DNA of 64,000 nt from the human T2T-CHM13v2.0 reference genome, Homo sapiens: NCBI RefSeq assembly GCF_009914755.1, contig NC_060940.1, one strand, 5' to 3'. This document shows positions 37,227 through 52,905 of the stretch, piece by piece (the first letter of the stretch is position 1; each line of letters starts with the position of its first letter). A program made the position numbers and the translations under genes. Under the pieces are notes generated by a model, which ran no database searches, had not been told where the DNA came from, and saw nothing but the letters and a program-made list of their open reading frames with translations.

Positions 37227-39170
37227 TGAAGTAGATAGGGAAACCCTGCATTCCAATATCTGTTGTCAATGCAAAAATTTTCACGGCCAGTTCTCTGTCA
37301 GGGTCAGGGTCATGGGGAGGTTTCTTATGGGGCAAGGGTTGGGGTCAAGGAATTTGAGGAACTTGAATAGGGCAGGGCCGAGGAAATCAGAGCCTGGTCA
37401 GGAGCTAGACTTCTCCCTGTACCAGTGGGGGTGCTCGGGGATTATTGCAGGCCGTAAAGAAAGCTAAGCATTAGGCGAGGGACCACCAGAGAAGACAAAA
37501 GTGGTCCCCTTCCTCAAGAACTTAGAATTAAGATGATAAGGAGAGTGGGTGCCGTGGCTCATGCCTGTAATCTCAGCACTTTGGGAGGCTGAGGCAGCAG
37601 GATCCATTGAAGCCAGGAGTTCAAGAACATCCTGCACAAAGAAGCAAGACCCCATTTCTACAAAAAGATACAAAAACATTAGGCAGGAGTGGTGGTGTGT
37701 GCCTGTAGTCCAGCTAACTCAGGAGGCTGAAGCAGGAGGATCACTTGAGCACAGCAGTTAGAGGCTGCAGTGAGCTGTGTTCAGGCCACTGCACTCCAGC
37801 TTGGGTGACAGAGCGAGACCTGTCTCAAAAAAAAAAAAAAAAAGATGATAAGGGAGGCTTCTGAGTAAAGAACAGCTCCACTCCACCTGCCGTGGAGCTG
37901 AGAGACCGCCATGTGTGCCTGCCCACACTCCTACCCAGGACAGCCTAAACCATCCACACAGGGAGGCAGGATCAGAATGTGGCTGTAACTTGGGGCACCG
38001 ACGCCGCCTGGGTGTCCTGGACACAGCCTGGAGAAAGTCTAGAGACAGGGCTGTCACATCTAGAACAATGGTTTCTGATGAGCTTGGGAGCACCCTGTCC
38101 AAATTGAATCCTCCCGAGAAACCCAGCAATGTGAGACAGAACCAAGAGTGGCTCAGATGGAGGCCGTGGGAGCTTGGATGCCTGCACACTTGGTCCTCTC
38201 ATATACCTGTTGGTGGTCACAACCCCATGGTGGCTCCAGGGAACACAGTTTGACCATCACGGACCTGGGTTTTAGAGTCAGGCAAGAGAGACAGAGGCTG
38301 GCAGTCGTGAGTGTCCGGCACTTGCAGGATTTGTGCCCACCCTCAGCACTCACAGCCTGGTGGGAGGCCAGGCCCTGGTGCCCAAGGCAGCCCCTTCCCT
38401 ACAGCTGGGACAGGAGGCCACAGGTTCTCAGACACCTGGTGCCTCCTGCTTCCCTGACTCTGATTCCTGGTCTCCCCAGTAGATGAGACTGAGACCACTG
38501 CGGCAAACACAACTCAACGTCCCTGTCCCTGCAACAGTTATTCCTATCGCTGTACTTAATAGACTGGCAGTCTCATCCATGCCTCCGTTTCTTAGAGGCT
38601 TGGCCAGCTGGTTTCAGCTCAGGCTCAGGACAGAGCCAGTCCGTGTGCCAGAAAATCAAGAAACACTCAGAGCCTGAGAACAGAGGATCAGAACTCAGAT
38701 ACCAGAGCACCACCAAGGAAGGAGGCCACCTAACCAGCTCCCCTGCCTGAGGCCCAAGAATATGCCCAACCTTCTAGTTACTTAAGTTCTCTGAGCCTTG
38801 GTTCCCCCATCTGTAAAATGGGGATGGTACAAAATTCAAGGTTTTCCGTAAAAATGAAATGAAACCGATGTTTGTGAAAAGTTATCTGCATACTGGCTGG
38901 CACCTAGTAGGTGCTCAGTAAATGTGCATTCCCTCCTCTTTCATCTCATGCTAGTGATTGTGATGAACTCACTGGGTCACAGTGAGGTCTCTGAGTCAGT
39001 TTACAGTAAAGACGTACTCTCTGAAAAGCACGTTCTATTGTTCAAGCCCCTATAATTGAGAAGGCCTCCTGCAGGAGTCAGGCAGGCCCAGACTGGGAAG
39101 CGGTAACTGCTAGGGTCTCAGGAGGAAGGAATTTCAAGCCAGGAGGCTTCAGGGAGGCAGTGGCCTGTGA

Positions 39171-39911
<741 letters not shown>

Positions 39912-40374
39912 TAGAGTTGAGGTCTCACTATGTTGTCCAGGCTGGTCTCGGACTCCTGGGCTCAAGGGATCCTCCTGCCTCGGCCTCCAAATGTGTTGGG
40001 ATTACAGGCATGAGCCACCATGCCTGGCTGCTTTCATCTTTTAATGAAAGTTTCCCTCAAGCCACATATTTTCCCATTTTTGTTCTGTAAATATCTCTTC
40101 ACAATCGGACTTCTCACAAGAGTGGTCTATGTATGCGCTCTTCCCTCCCTCACTTTATTAGCTCATTCCATCTGGTTTCTGCCTCCACTGTGCCTCCAAA
40201 CCTGCCAGACAGATAGTCTATTTCTTCATTAGCTTAGTGTCTGTCTCTCAGTAGAAGATAAGCTTTGTGAGGGCAGGAACCTATCTGTTTGGCTCATTAT
40301 TTATATTTTCAGTACCCAGCACAGTACTGATATAAAGTAGACATTCAACAAGTATTTGTGGTATTATCATATGA

Positions 40375-41712
<1,338 letters not shown>

Positions 41713-42162
41713 GCTCTCCAAAGACCTTAAAGGATATCTGTTTTATTTATTATAGCACCCCACAGATTTACTGATATTCCCATTTTATAGATGAGGAAGC
41801 TAAGGATCAGAAAGTGGTTAAGTAACTTGCCCAATATCCCAAACTACTAAATGGTGGAGCCAGAACTCAAACCCAGGACTGTCTGACTCCAGAGTCTGTG
41901 CTTCTAACTACTGAGTGACATTGCCTCCTAGCCACATAACTCCCAGGCCAGGTCCTTCTACTACAGCAGATGCCTCACCAAACACTGCCAAGGTAAGCAA
42001 CTTCTCAGCTTACCTTGGGCACTCGGTACCTCCTGACTTCCCTCCCAGGGACCATCAACTTTCCCCACAGTCCAATTGCCATTCCCTCAATTCTCTTGAA
42101 CAAAAACCAAAGTGGGCTGGCTTGTACAGGGATCAAGCCTTCAGAATTGCCTTCATACGTAC

Positions 42163-42194
42163 CTTGGACTTGACTGAACTACAGGTGGTAGAAT
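42163..42194 (-). pseudogene. Exon, 32 nt: DSTTCSSVKSK (last ARHGAP23 exon present)
   Basis: caacag|ATTCTACC...AAG|gtacgt. Confidence 0.88.
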
Positions 42195-43834
42195 CTGTTG
42201 GTGAAAGACAGAAAAAAAAATGAAAGTTGCATCAGGGAAAAAGAAAGTTGAGTCTTATGCACACAATTCCTCTCCTCAAAGGCTTCAGAAACCAGGGAAT
42301 TCTGAAACATGAGATCTCCCCAGGCCCTAGGAGTATGATGGACCTCTGATGTCCATCTATGGGAAAGGGATGGAGCAGAAAATGATGTTAATTGCCACTT
42401 CCTCTAGAGGCAGGAAGTGACATCAGGCTGCCAGCCACTGGCCCCTCATTTACCGATGGCTAAGGGCAAGGGGGCATTGTCTTTGAGCCTAGTTCCTCTC
42501 CCCTTCCCCGCCTGTCCCTGTTACTCTGAAGCACTGGAGAGAAAATGCCAAATATCAGGTGCAGTCCATGGAAACCACCACAGTGAAACACAGCAAATCA
42601 CAGATGCTCTGGAGAAATGGAGACCACACAGTGCACAGAGAGGTGGGTGCCCTACATCCACCCCCGAGCACACAACAAAGAAGAGGGACCACATGAATAA
42701 TGGATAAAAGGGAGAAATGAAATGGGTGGGATGCAGGAGGTGGAGTGGGCTGGTGATTAGAGCCTTGATAGGTTCCACCTCCAGACCTGGGGTCACCCTG
42801 CCTCATGGGCAGTGTCCCCAGTTATCACCCAGTTGTGAAGGAGACTAAAAGCATGATTTCTATGGGACTTGGGTCCCACTCCCTTAATATCACTGGGGTG
42901 GAGAAGGAACCAGAAACACGTCCTGGTGGGTCCTCTCCAAGGCTAGAGAGGGAGCAGGTTGGTCCAAGGGCCTCCTGGGGTCCCACAGGGTAGTGGGCAG
43001 GTGTGGTTAATCCACACTCTCTGGCAGGCAAGTTAGATGCCCCCCTCTCCGGACCCCTCCCCCTGCACAAGGTGAGAAAAGCAAGATGGGCGATCACACA
43101 TGACACACGGGGCGTGGGGGGCGGCAGGTGATTAGAAGAGACATGGGGTCACTCTCTGCCGTCCCACCCCCATGTCTTCTGGCCCCTCCTGAGCCTGCCT
43201 CTGGTGACTAGGGAGCTCCTGTGTGCCTCTGTCAGAGACAAACAGAAATGCTAAAACTAAAGGGAGGGACAACAATGGCGGGGGGAGGAGTCAGTGGCTG
43301 CAGCCACAAAGGGAGTGGCCCTCATCTGTCTCTGAGCATGTAAATCATCTGTCCTCTGCCATGAGAGGGCCACAGGCCCTGCAAACAGGACTTAGGGCCC
43401 AGGTTTCTTAAGCAGGAGGAGGCGGCCCATTGGGGTGACTGAGGCAGGAGTTAGAGATAAAGAGAAGCTTCTGGGCGTGGCATCGCTGGTCTCCAGAGAG
43501 TGTCAGTCCCCAGCCCGGATGACTAGCAGTGGTGAGACTCGGCAAAGAGAGGCCACAAGGTCTGTGGCACTGCAGAAGGGCAGCAATTCGATGCCCCGGT
43601 GTCCAGGCAACGGGGAGGGCCCTGGGCCCAGTGAGTGCCTCCTTCCTCCTGAGAAGGGGCTCTAGGATGGGAGGGGCATGGACTGCTGGGGTAAGTGGAT
43701 AACAAGCAGGGGTAACTGGCATGTCAGTGTGGGGTCCTCACAGTCCGGGACATTCTGCCTGCCTCTGTGCCCACCCAGCCTTCTTATAATCACCCGCCAC
43801 TGTTAGTGACCGAGGCCGCGACACTGCACTGTAC

Positions 43835-43857
43835 CCTTTAAATCTCCAACAGGTCCG
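43835..43857 (-). pseudogene. 23-nt alternative microexon (ADLLEI-stop in the parental frame)
   Basis: >100-nt polypyrimidine tract, then ctccag|CGGACCTGTTGGAGATTTAAAGG|gtacag. Matches the short ARHGAP23 isoform ending ADLLEI (recalled). Confidence 0.75.
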
Positions 43858-44278
43858 CTGGAGGAGGGGAGGGGGAGGAGAAGAGAAAGGGGTGGGAGGA
43901 GAGCACGGGGAGAGGAGGAGGGAGAGGTGGGGGTGCAAGGAGAAAAGGAAGAAAAATTAAAAAGAGGAACATGCCCAGAGGGACACAGCCACCCCATGAG
44001 AAATTAAAGGCTGAGGAAAGAAACCAGTGAGAGAGGGGGAACAAAGCTCCAACCCTGCCTGGGGCGGGGCAGCTGCACAGACAGGAGGTGGGCACAGGGC
44101 AAGCTGGACTTCCCCAGGGAGGGAGAAGGCCCCCAACAGCCCCATCTCCATGGTGGCTGGCAGGGGAGGGCCCCGCTGGGGTGGCACAGGGAAGCTGGGC
44201 ATCTGGCCAGGTATCTGGGACCATCAGGAATGCAGTGTCCACTCTCCTGCCTCCCCACTCCCAGGCCCCTGTGCTCAC

Positions 44279-44375
44279 CTGACCCCGGGTCACCAGGGGG
44301 CACTGTCCTGCCAATGTTGGGCAGGAGGTACTCAATGTTGGGCACTGCCTGAGGCTCCTTGCTGCCCACAGGGGC
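44279..44375 (-). pseudogene. Exon, 97 nt: [32 protein letters not shown]
   Basis: tcgcag|GCCCCT...TCAG|gtgagc. Confidence 0.92.
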
Positions 44376-44962
44376 CTGCGAACAGGAGGAGGGGTCAGCT
44401 GGCATGCCCTCGGATGCTGGGCTGCCGACCCCCCAGAGGGGGGTGCCCTGATGACAGAGCCGGTGTCTCCTCCATCAGACCGGGCTCACTGGGGCAGGGA
44501 CCGTCTCCCTCATCAGCCAGGTGCTCTTGAGGATGATTCCTACATGTCCCCTGTTAGACAGCTTTGTGCCTTCCTCAACATCTCAGAACCACGAAGGCCA
44601 GAGCGGCCCCTTCAGCTAGGGGCAGGAGCTGTGTCTCCCGCACTAGACTGGAACTCCTCCAACCTAAGTCCTTCTCAGTAGCCTGGAGGGCAGGAGCTGC
44701 CTTTACTTCTGAATTGGGTTCCCTCTGAGCAAGGCCTGTATCTCCCCCATTTAGACTGGGGATTCCTGAAGGCAAGCTTTGTGCTTCTCTATCAGACTAG
44801 GGGCTCCTGAGGAGAGGGTCTGTGTTTCCTCCATCAGACTTGAGGGAAGCCTCAAGGACAGACACCTTCCCCAGCTTAAGTCTCGCTGCCTGCCCCACCC
44901 CCAAGGACTGGGGCTCACCCCAGACCAGCCCCCATGCCAGCCCAGCCCACGGCATCACTTAC

Positions 44963-45006
44963 TCTCTCTCTCCCTTGTCCTCTTCGTCACTGAAGAACCA
45001 GTCTGA
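44963..45006 (-). pseudogene. Exon SDWFFSDEEDKGER + 2 extra nt (44 nt; frameshifting)
   Basis: ctgcag|TCAGAC...GGAGAGAGAGA|gtaagt. Both neighbouring junctions are phase 0, so 44 nt shifts the frame. Confidence 0.88.
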
Positions 45007-45812
45007 CTGCAGAGAAGACAAAAGGAAGGGATGAAATCAGCATGGGAAAGAAGAGTCTCTTCCACCTGCTCATTCCAGAGGACCCACTCAGGCGGCAAGG
45101 GGTGCCTCTCTCTCAACAAACCCCAGGCTGGCGGGGCTGCAAAAGAGGGCTCAGAGGGAGCTTGATGGACGCTAAAACCTGACTCCACAGACTATGAAAA
45201 ACCCTGGGGGAGAGAAAAGGTGGGACCCCAGTGTGGGAGGAGACAGGGCAGTGAGTGGGAGCGGCCACCTCAGACGGGAGATAGGCTTAGGGAGAGCTTC
45301 GCTTTTACTTGCTTTTCTCTAAACACTGTCCTGGGCACACCCCTATGGTATACTCCCCACAGCGAGCCGGGGGGCAGGGAGGCACCAGTGCCGTTAGTGT
45401 TGGCCAGGTCCATGGCTGTGACAGCCGAGCATGCCCCAGGCCACCTGCCACCCATGGGTGCCACACTGACAACAGGGGTGTCACATACTCAGCCCAGAAA
45501 AGGAAAATGACAGGAGAAAGGTGTTGGAGGTTTCCTGATGGGCAGGAGGCGAGAGCTTTCTCATAAAGGCCAAACAAGAGACAAAATAAAGACCCCCACA
45601 GTTTAATATATTTTGTAAAATTTGAGAATCTTGAAGATAAAATTCTAAGTTTTCTGAAAAAAAAATCCAGATTGCTTATAAATGAACACGTATCACAGGT
45701 ACTTGGAACTTTCAGCAGCAAGACACAAGAAGACAAGACAAGAAAGTAAGTTTTGATGTGTTGAAGGAACCTAGAATTTTATACCCTGCTAAACTCTCAT
45801 TTAAAAAAATGA

Positions 45813-46058
<246 letters not shown>

Positions 46059-46612
46059 TGACCTCAAGTGATCCACCCACCTCCACCTCCCAAAGTGCTG
46101 GGATTACAGGCATACCACAGATTGTTTTAATCACCCCTTAAGTGAACCTCCTGCTCTCTGGAGCCACCACACCTGGCCTTGAAATAAAGCTATCCTGAGA
46201 CAGCAGAAAATTTATTACACAAAGACTCTCTTAATTGAATACTTGAGCAAGTAAAGAGATGGACTTCGGCAAGCTCCAAGAAATAACTAAGGCACTTTTG
46301 GCTTTTATTGTATTTATTAATTTATTTTTGAGATAGGGTCTCTTGCTGTTATCCAGGTTGGAATGCTGTGGCATGATCCTAGCTCACTGTACCCTTGAAC
46401 TCCTGGGCTCAAGAGATTATCCCACCTCAGCCTCCTGAATAGCTGGGACTACAGGCATGTGCCACCTTGCACAGCTAATTAAAAAAAAAATTGTAGATTT
46501 TGGGATTACAAGCATGAGCCACCGCACCCACCACTTTTGGCTTTTAGATGTGGTGGAAGGAAGACACAGAAACTGATAAGCATTAGAAATTGACAGTGAC
46601 AGGCTGGGTTCA

Positions 46613-46882
<270 letters not shown>

Positions 46883-48639
46883 TCAAAAAAAAATAAATGA
46901 ATAAAAATTAAGGCAATTACCCTTTACCCCCCTCAACACCTATGAAAGAACAGGAACAGGCAATTTATAATCTCATTATGTAGACTTAAAACACACAAAG
47001 AATATTATATATATTTAAGGATAGCCATGCATTTACAATAAGTGGAAGGTGTCCTGGAAGGACACATATTAGCCTATTAAGAGTGGGCACCTAGGGGAAT
47101 GAAGAGGGGAAACAAGGGGACTTGCCTGAGCATGCGCCATGAGCCTCAGTTATTATTGCTCATGATCTGACATGTGATTAAATCAAACAGCACAGGAAGG
47201 CCAGAAGGGAAACAAGAAAGGGATAGAAGAGAAGAGAGCAAAGGAAGATAAGAAAAATGCAAGCTCTGGCCGGGCACAGTGGCTCACACCTGTAGTCCCA
47301 GCACTTTGGGAGGCTGAGGCAGGTGCATCAGCTGAGGTCAGGAGTTCAATACCAGCCTGGCCAACAGGGTGAAACCCCAGCTCTACTAAAAATACAAAAA
47401 TTAGCCCGGCATGGTGGCGTGCGCCCATAATCCCAGCTACTTGGGGGTGCTGAGGTGGATCACGTGAACCCAGGAGCTGGAGGCTGCAGTGAGTGGAGAC
47501 TGCGCCATTGCACTCCAGCCTGGGCGACAGAGTGAGACTCTGTCTCAAAAAAAAAAAAAAAAAGAAAAGAAAAAGAAAAATGGAAGCTCTGGAGTCAGTT
47601 ATCTTGGTTCGAGTTCACCTTAGCCAAGTTACTTTCCCTCTGTAAGTCTATTTACTTATCTCTAAAACGGGCATGATGTGAGTACCTCCTTCTAGGCCTG
47701 AGGAGGATTGAGATGAAATACTGTATGGAAAACGTTTAGTGAAGCACGTTGTTAATGTATAATAGATGTCAGCTACCGTTATTCAAAAGTGCGGCTTCCA
47801 GAGACAGGCTGACCAGGGGGAGCCTGAGGATCGGCCCAAAGAAGCCAGCTGTTAACTCGGGTTGGAAGGTGCCCAGAAGTACTCTGCAAGCCACAGCGTC
47901 TACAGGAAGTGCCCGGGTGGCCACGGCTCTCAAGAGGAATCCACACTAGTTCCTGCCACCCTGTTTCTGCACATGCTGTTCTTTCCGCCTGGGATGCCCT
48001 TTCTCCCTGCTCTGCCTGGCTAAGTTCTCATCATGGTCCTCTAAGGCAGTTCAAGAACTCCATGACTACGACCCTAGCCCTGCACCCAGGGCCAGGGTGG
48101 GTCCTTCTGTGGGGCTTCCTTGGACATAGCCCAGAGCAAAAAGAGATGCAGCTCTTACTCTGATAAACATTATTAAATGAATAAATGAATGAGAAACATC
48201 ACTTTATGGATTTTTTTTTTGTGTGTGGCAGGGTCTCACTCTGTCACCCAGGCTGGAGTGCAGTGTCACAATCTCGGCTCACTGCAGCCTCCCACCTCAG
48301 CCCCCCCAAGTAGTTGAGACCACAGACACGCACCACCACACCCGCTGGCAATATTCCTTCTGAGCAGGCTCCCATGCACCTCCGTGTTCCCAGCATGGGG
48401 ATCTGTCTCTGGCGTGGAATAATGACCATGAGGAAGAGGTTGACAGTCAGTTCTCACACAACACTTAGGACCTGCCAGGCACCGCCGTGAGTGCTTTAGC
48501 AGACATTCACAACAATGTGAGGTAAACAGTATTGTCATCTCTACTTTATAGGTGTGGATACTGAGGCACAGCAGGTAAGGAACTTGTCCAAGGCCACATA
48601 GCACATAGGAGCAGGCTGGCCCTAGAGCCACTGCCATCA

Positions 48640-48830
48640 ATCTCCCACCCCAGGGGGCACTTGGCAATGTCTGGAGACATTTTTGATTGTGACAACTAGA
48701 GTGATATTCCCAGCATCCAGCAGGTAGAAGCCAGCGATTCTGCTAAATGTCCTATAACACACAGAACAGCCTCCCACAATAAAGACTTATCTGGACCTCA
48801 GTGGTCACTAGTGCTGAAGCTGAGAAACAT
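48640..48830 (+). mobile_element. MER20 (hAT-Charlie)
   Basis: cagggggcacttggcaatgtctggagacatttttgattgtgacaact...gctgagaaac. Confidence 0.8.
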
Positions 48831-51276
48831 TAGGTATCACTGCCTTTGCTGAGTGAGTCCCTGAGCAAATGCCCTGGGTGATCTTTGTTTGGGTTCCACT
48901 TGACTTCGTAAACATAGGTAGAGGCTCCTGGCAACTTGCCCGCTGCAAGATCAGACATCCAGGTTTGCTCTCCTCTCTGCTCTGCCATTATCTTGCTGCG
49001 TGGCCCTGGGCAAGTCGCTGTTCCTCTTTACCCCTCAGTTGCCACCCTCTTTCCAACCTGAAGACTGGTCTGGGTGCCCCAAGTGACAGCAGCACTGCCC
49101 TGGCTATGGAGTCTCTGGGCTAGACAGAGCTGGCACGCTTGGGTGGGCAGGCTTTCAGGGCTTGCAGAGTGGGTGGCTCATTCCCTTGACAATCATCCAG
49201 GGCTGGTTACGTTCAAATGCCAAGGAGGCAGAGAAGGGAAGGACACTAGCTCAGTTAGCCAGTTAGCTCTCGGGAATGAATCTCTGAGTAGAAAAGCCCA
49301 GCCTGGCCGGGCGTGATGGCTCAAACCTGCAATCCCAGCACTTTGGAAGGCCGAGATGGGAGGATCGCTTGAGTCCAGGAGTTCAAGACTAGCCCTGGCA
49401 ACATAGTAAGACCTCATCTCTACAAAAGAATACAAAAATTAGCCAGTTGGTGTGGTGGTGGCATCTCTAGTCCCAGCTACTCAGGAGGCTGAGATGGCAG
49501 GATCGCCTGAGCCTGGAAGTGGGCCATATTTGCCCACTGCACTCCAGTGTGGGTGACAGACTGACTCTATCAAAAAAAAAAAAAAAAAAAAAAACCCAGA
49601 AAGCGAAAAGAAAGAGAGAGAGAGAAAGAAAGAGAAAGAAAAGCCCAGCCTGATATAACCTCAATTAGCAATTTACTCATTCATTTATACTCCACAAACA
49701 CTGAGTATCCACTGTGTGCCAGGCGCTAGTGTCAGTGCTAAATGAGACAAACTCCACCTTCTCCACCCTGCCCAGAGCAGGGACTCCCCCTTGGGGCTTT
49801 GGCCTCCTTCCTCCCTGAAGGCTGCAGTTCCTGACACCTCAGCTGACCTCAGACCTTGGGCTTCCAGGGGCTTCTCCAGGAGCACAGGGCCAGACACCCA
49901 CTCTTCCCTGCTGCTGCCCCCAAAACACAACCTCCTGGGAGGTTCCGGGGCTCCCTGGTGCCCTGGAGAGCTAAGCTTTCCCAAGGCCTCACCAGGATCC
50001 CAGACGCTGCAGGGCAGCCCTGGCCTCCCAGACAGCTCTGGAGTGGTGTTCCCAGTGTCCGGATGCAGCAGGCTGTGATGCTCCCTCCTGTGGCTCGGAG
50101 CCCTGAGCATGCAGTGAAGGAGGAGATGGGCAAGCAAGGCTGTTAACATGGCTCAGCTGCCCACAACCTCGCATCCTTACCCTGGCCCCCTCCCTCCGTC
50201 CCAAGCCAGCTCAAGGAGGGACCTAGGAGTCTGGCCTTTGGGTTGATAGCAGGAGGAAAACACAGGCTTTGGTCAGTCAGATCTGGCTTGAAATCTTGGG
50301 CTGCCACTTATTAGCTGTGTGACCATGAGCAAGTTGCTTTGCCTCTCTGAGCCTGTTTCCTCCTCTGTAAAATGGGGGTGATAGGGCCCAGCTTTCCTTC
50401 CCTAAAGTGTCTAGGGGGCTTGGGACTGAGGCTTCCCTTCCTCTGACCAGCTGCCAGTCTTATTTCCCCTGGCAGGAGGGGCTCTGTTCTCATCCTCTGT
50501 GGGCTGTAACAAGAATTGGAAATGGAAAATCTATGATTCATAATGACATCTGTGTGTGCCCCAGAAGGCGGCAGTGCTGCCTTAGGGTTGGGCTCTGGAA
50601 GACCAAGGCCTCCTGAGCCCTCTGCTGGCCACTCTGGGCTCTCCTCCGCCCATGCACGGTAACAAGAACCTACAGGACCACGGCTGTTGGCATCCAGGAA
50701 GCCATGAGAAGGGAGGTGGCCAGCCCAGTACATGCCAAGCACTGGTGCAGGATCCTGCCTCAGGCCAAGGCCCTGTGCCTTGCCCCATCCACCCCTTGTT
50801 ACCATGGACATCACCTCTACCTCCCCAAAACCTCAGTGGGGCCAGCAGGGAAAGTCACTAGAGCCGGGGCCTCCTGATGTCAGGCCAGACCTTGGCCCCC
50901 GTCTGCTCGTGTCTGCCAGGACACCTCTCCAGGGGCCACCTTCTGAAGCTGCCCCTTCTGCCCTCCACCTGTAGCACCTTCCCTGCCCTTCCTCCTCTTC
51001 TGCCTTTCCCAGGCATCTTGGACGCTCGGGGGCCTCTTGACTCTCCTGCTGGGGACACAACATCCCAGGGCAGCAAGGATTCCAGGATCCATTCCTGCCT
51101 TGCCTTGAAATGCAGCCCATGGCTTTGGAGGAATATATACCACCCTAGCAGCATGCTCTAAAGCTGCCGAGCCCTTCCTGGGGCACACCCCGCCAGGCTG
51201 AGCAAGAGTGAGGGGCTCAGAGGAACATGGCCTGGGCCCCAGGGGCTGCCGGGTGACCCCCGGAACAGGGGCTTAC

Positions 51277-51402
51277 GTGCTGGATCAGTGTCTCCACGAT
51301 CTTGTAGAGGTCAGGCATGTGGGTCACCATGTCTGTCATGTTGTCCTCAGACGTCCTCACCAGTGTCCGCCCAAAGACCAGGGCCAGGTTCCGGGGTTCC
51401 AT
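51277..51402 (-). pseudogene. RhoGAP exon, 126 nt: [42 protein letters not shown]
   Basis: gcccag|ATGGAA...CAC|gtaagc. Confidence 0.95.
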
Positions 51403-51736
51403 CTGGGCAGCAGGGAAAGCAGGTCACTGTCAACATCCTGAACTCAGTCCTCCCTCACTCTGGCCCCTAAGGCCTCTATCCCCAACTACATCCTCACCAG
51501 TCCCCAGCTTAGAGGGTGGACACCCCCTTGTAGGGGCATGGAGATGCTTGATGAGTAGAGCACAGGCCAGATTTCAGCCCCTTTCATCCCCAGGCCCAGC
51601 AGCCATGAGCAGTGCCCAACCTGCACACCTATACAGGGCAGCCCTGAGTGGTCAGTGCCAGCAGTGGGAGACCCTTCAGTAGAAAACATGTTGGAGGTCC
51701 CAGGGGTTATTTTAGGCCTGGGAAAAAATCTGATCA

Positions 51737-51901
<165 letters not shown>

Positions 51902-52250
51902 CTATCACTCCCCTCATTTTCCCCACTGCAGAACCAGAAGGCATAAGGGGTTTGATGAGGAAAATGCAATACGAGGGACTTGAGCTAAGTCGGAGGATGG
52001 CAATGCATCGGATACGGGGAGCCGGGGTTCCCTGCCTCTGGAAAGCCCTCAGAAACTCAGGAGATGGCTCTCTGGGGGAAAGCACTGACCAGCATGTAGG
52101 AGCGGGATGGGGACGGAGCAGTCATAGGAGGAGGGCGTGCCTAGAGGGGCCTGAGTTATTGGACCTGCAGGAGCTCAGTGCGTGCTGAGGGCCCCCACAC
52201 AGTAAGTCCGTGCTTGCCTCCCCCAGACTCCATGCGGGACTCCTACCCAC

Positions 52251-52340
52251 CTTGTTTTTCTCAGAGTGGTCAGCGATGGTCTTGAGATGGCCCACAAGGA
52301 ATTTGAGTGTTTCATAGTAGTGTCCTGGGAGATCCCGGAT
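52251..52340 (-). pseudogene. RhoGAP exon, 90 nt: [30 protein letters not shown]
   Basis: gctcag|ATCCGG...AAG|gtgggt. Confidence 0.95.
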
Positions 52341-52619
52341 CTGAGCAGGAGAGAGGAGGGGCATGGGGACAGGCTGTAAGGGCCTGCCCCTGTCCCCTGT
52401 CACCACCATGCCCCAAAGATCTCCCACTACCATGCCTCAGGGAGTCTGGAACCTATCCTCTAACCCCCGTTCTCTTGTGTGGATGGGGAAACTGATGCCC
52501 TGAGTGGAGCAGGGCAAGGCCACAGGTGTCGTGGGCAACACCGGACTCCCTGCCTCCTGGGACAGAGGTGCTCAGGCAGCTGCCCCACCTCGTGCCTGGC
52601 AGCACCTCTCTCTCCTTAC

Positions 52620-52693
52620 CAGCTTCCGCAGCGTCCTCATCCACTCCCGCGCGTCCTCAATGCAGTTGGCCTCAATGAAGTCGTTGTATTTGT
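52620..52693 (-). pseudogene. RhoGAP exon, 74 nt: [25 protein letters not shown]
   Basis: ttctag|ACAAAT...CTG|gtaagg. Confidence 0.93.
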
Positions 52694-52845
52694 CTAGAAC
52701 ACAGCAGAGACTCTTTAGAGAGGTAGGGGCAGCACCTTACCCTGTTCTCCAGGCCGAGGGCCCTGCTGGGAGGGCTGTGTTTTGAACTCCTCCAGTTCGG
52801 GGGCTCCAGCATGGGCGACAGCCTCTTGTGTATGTGAACACACCC

Positions 52846-52905
52846 ACCACAGCTGCACTTACCACAGCTGCACTCACCACAGCTGCACTCACCACAGCTA
52901 CACTC
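52846..52905. repeat. 15-bp tandem repeat x4 (ACCACAGCTGCACTC)
   Basis: Directly visible; two perfect units and two single-mismatch units. Confidence 0.95.
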
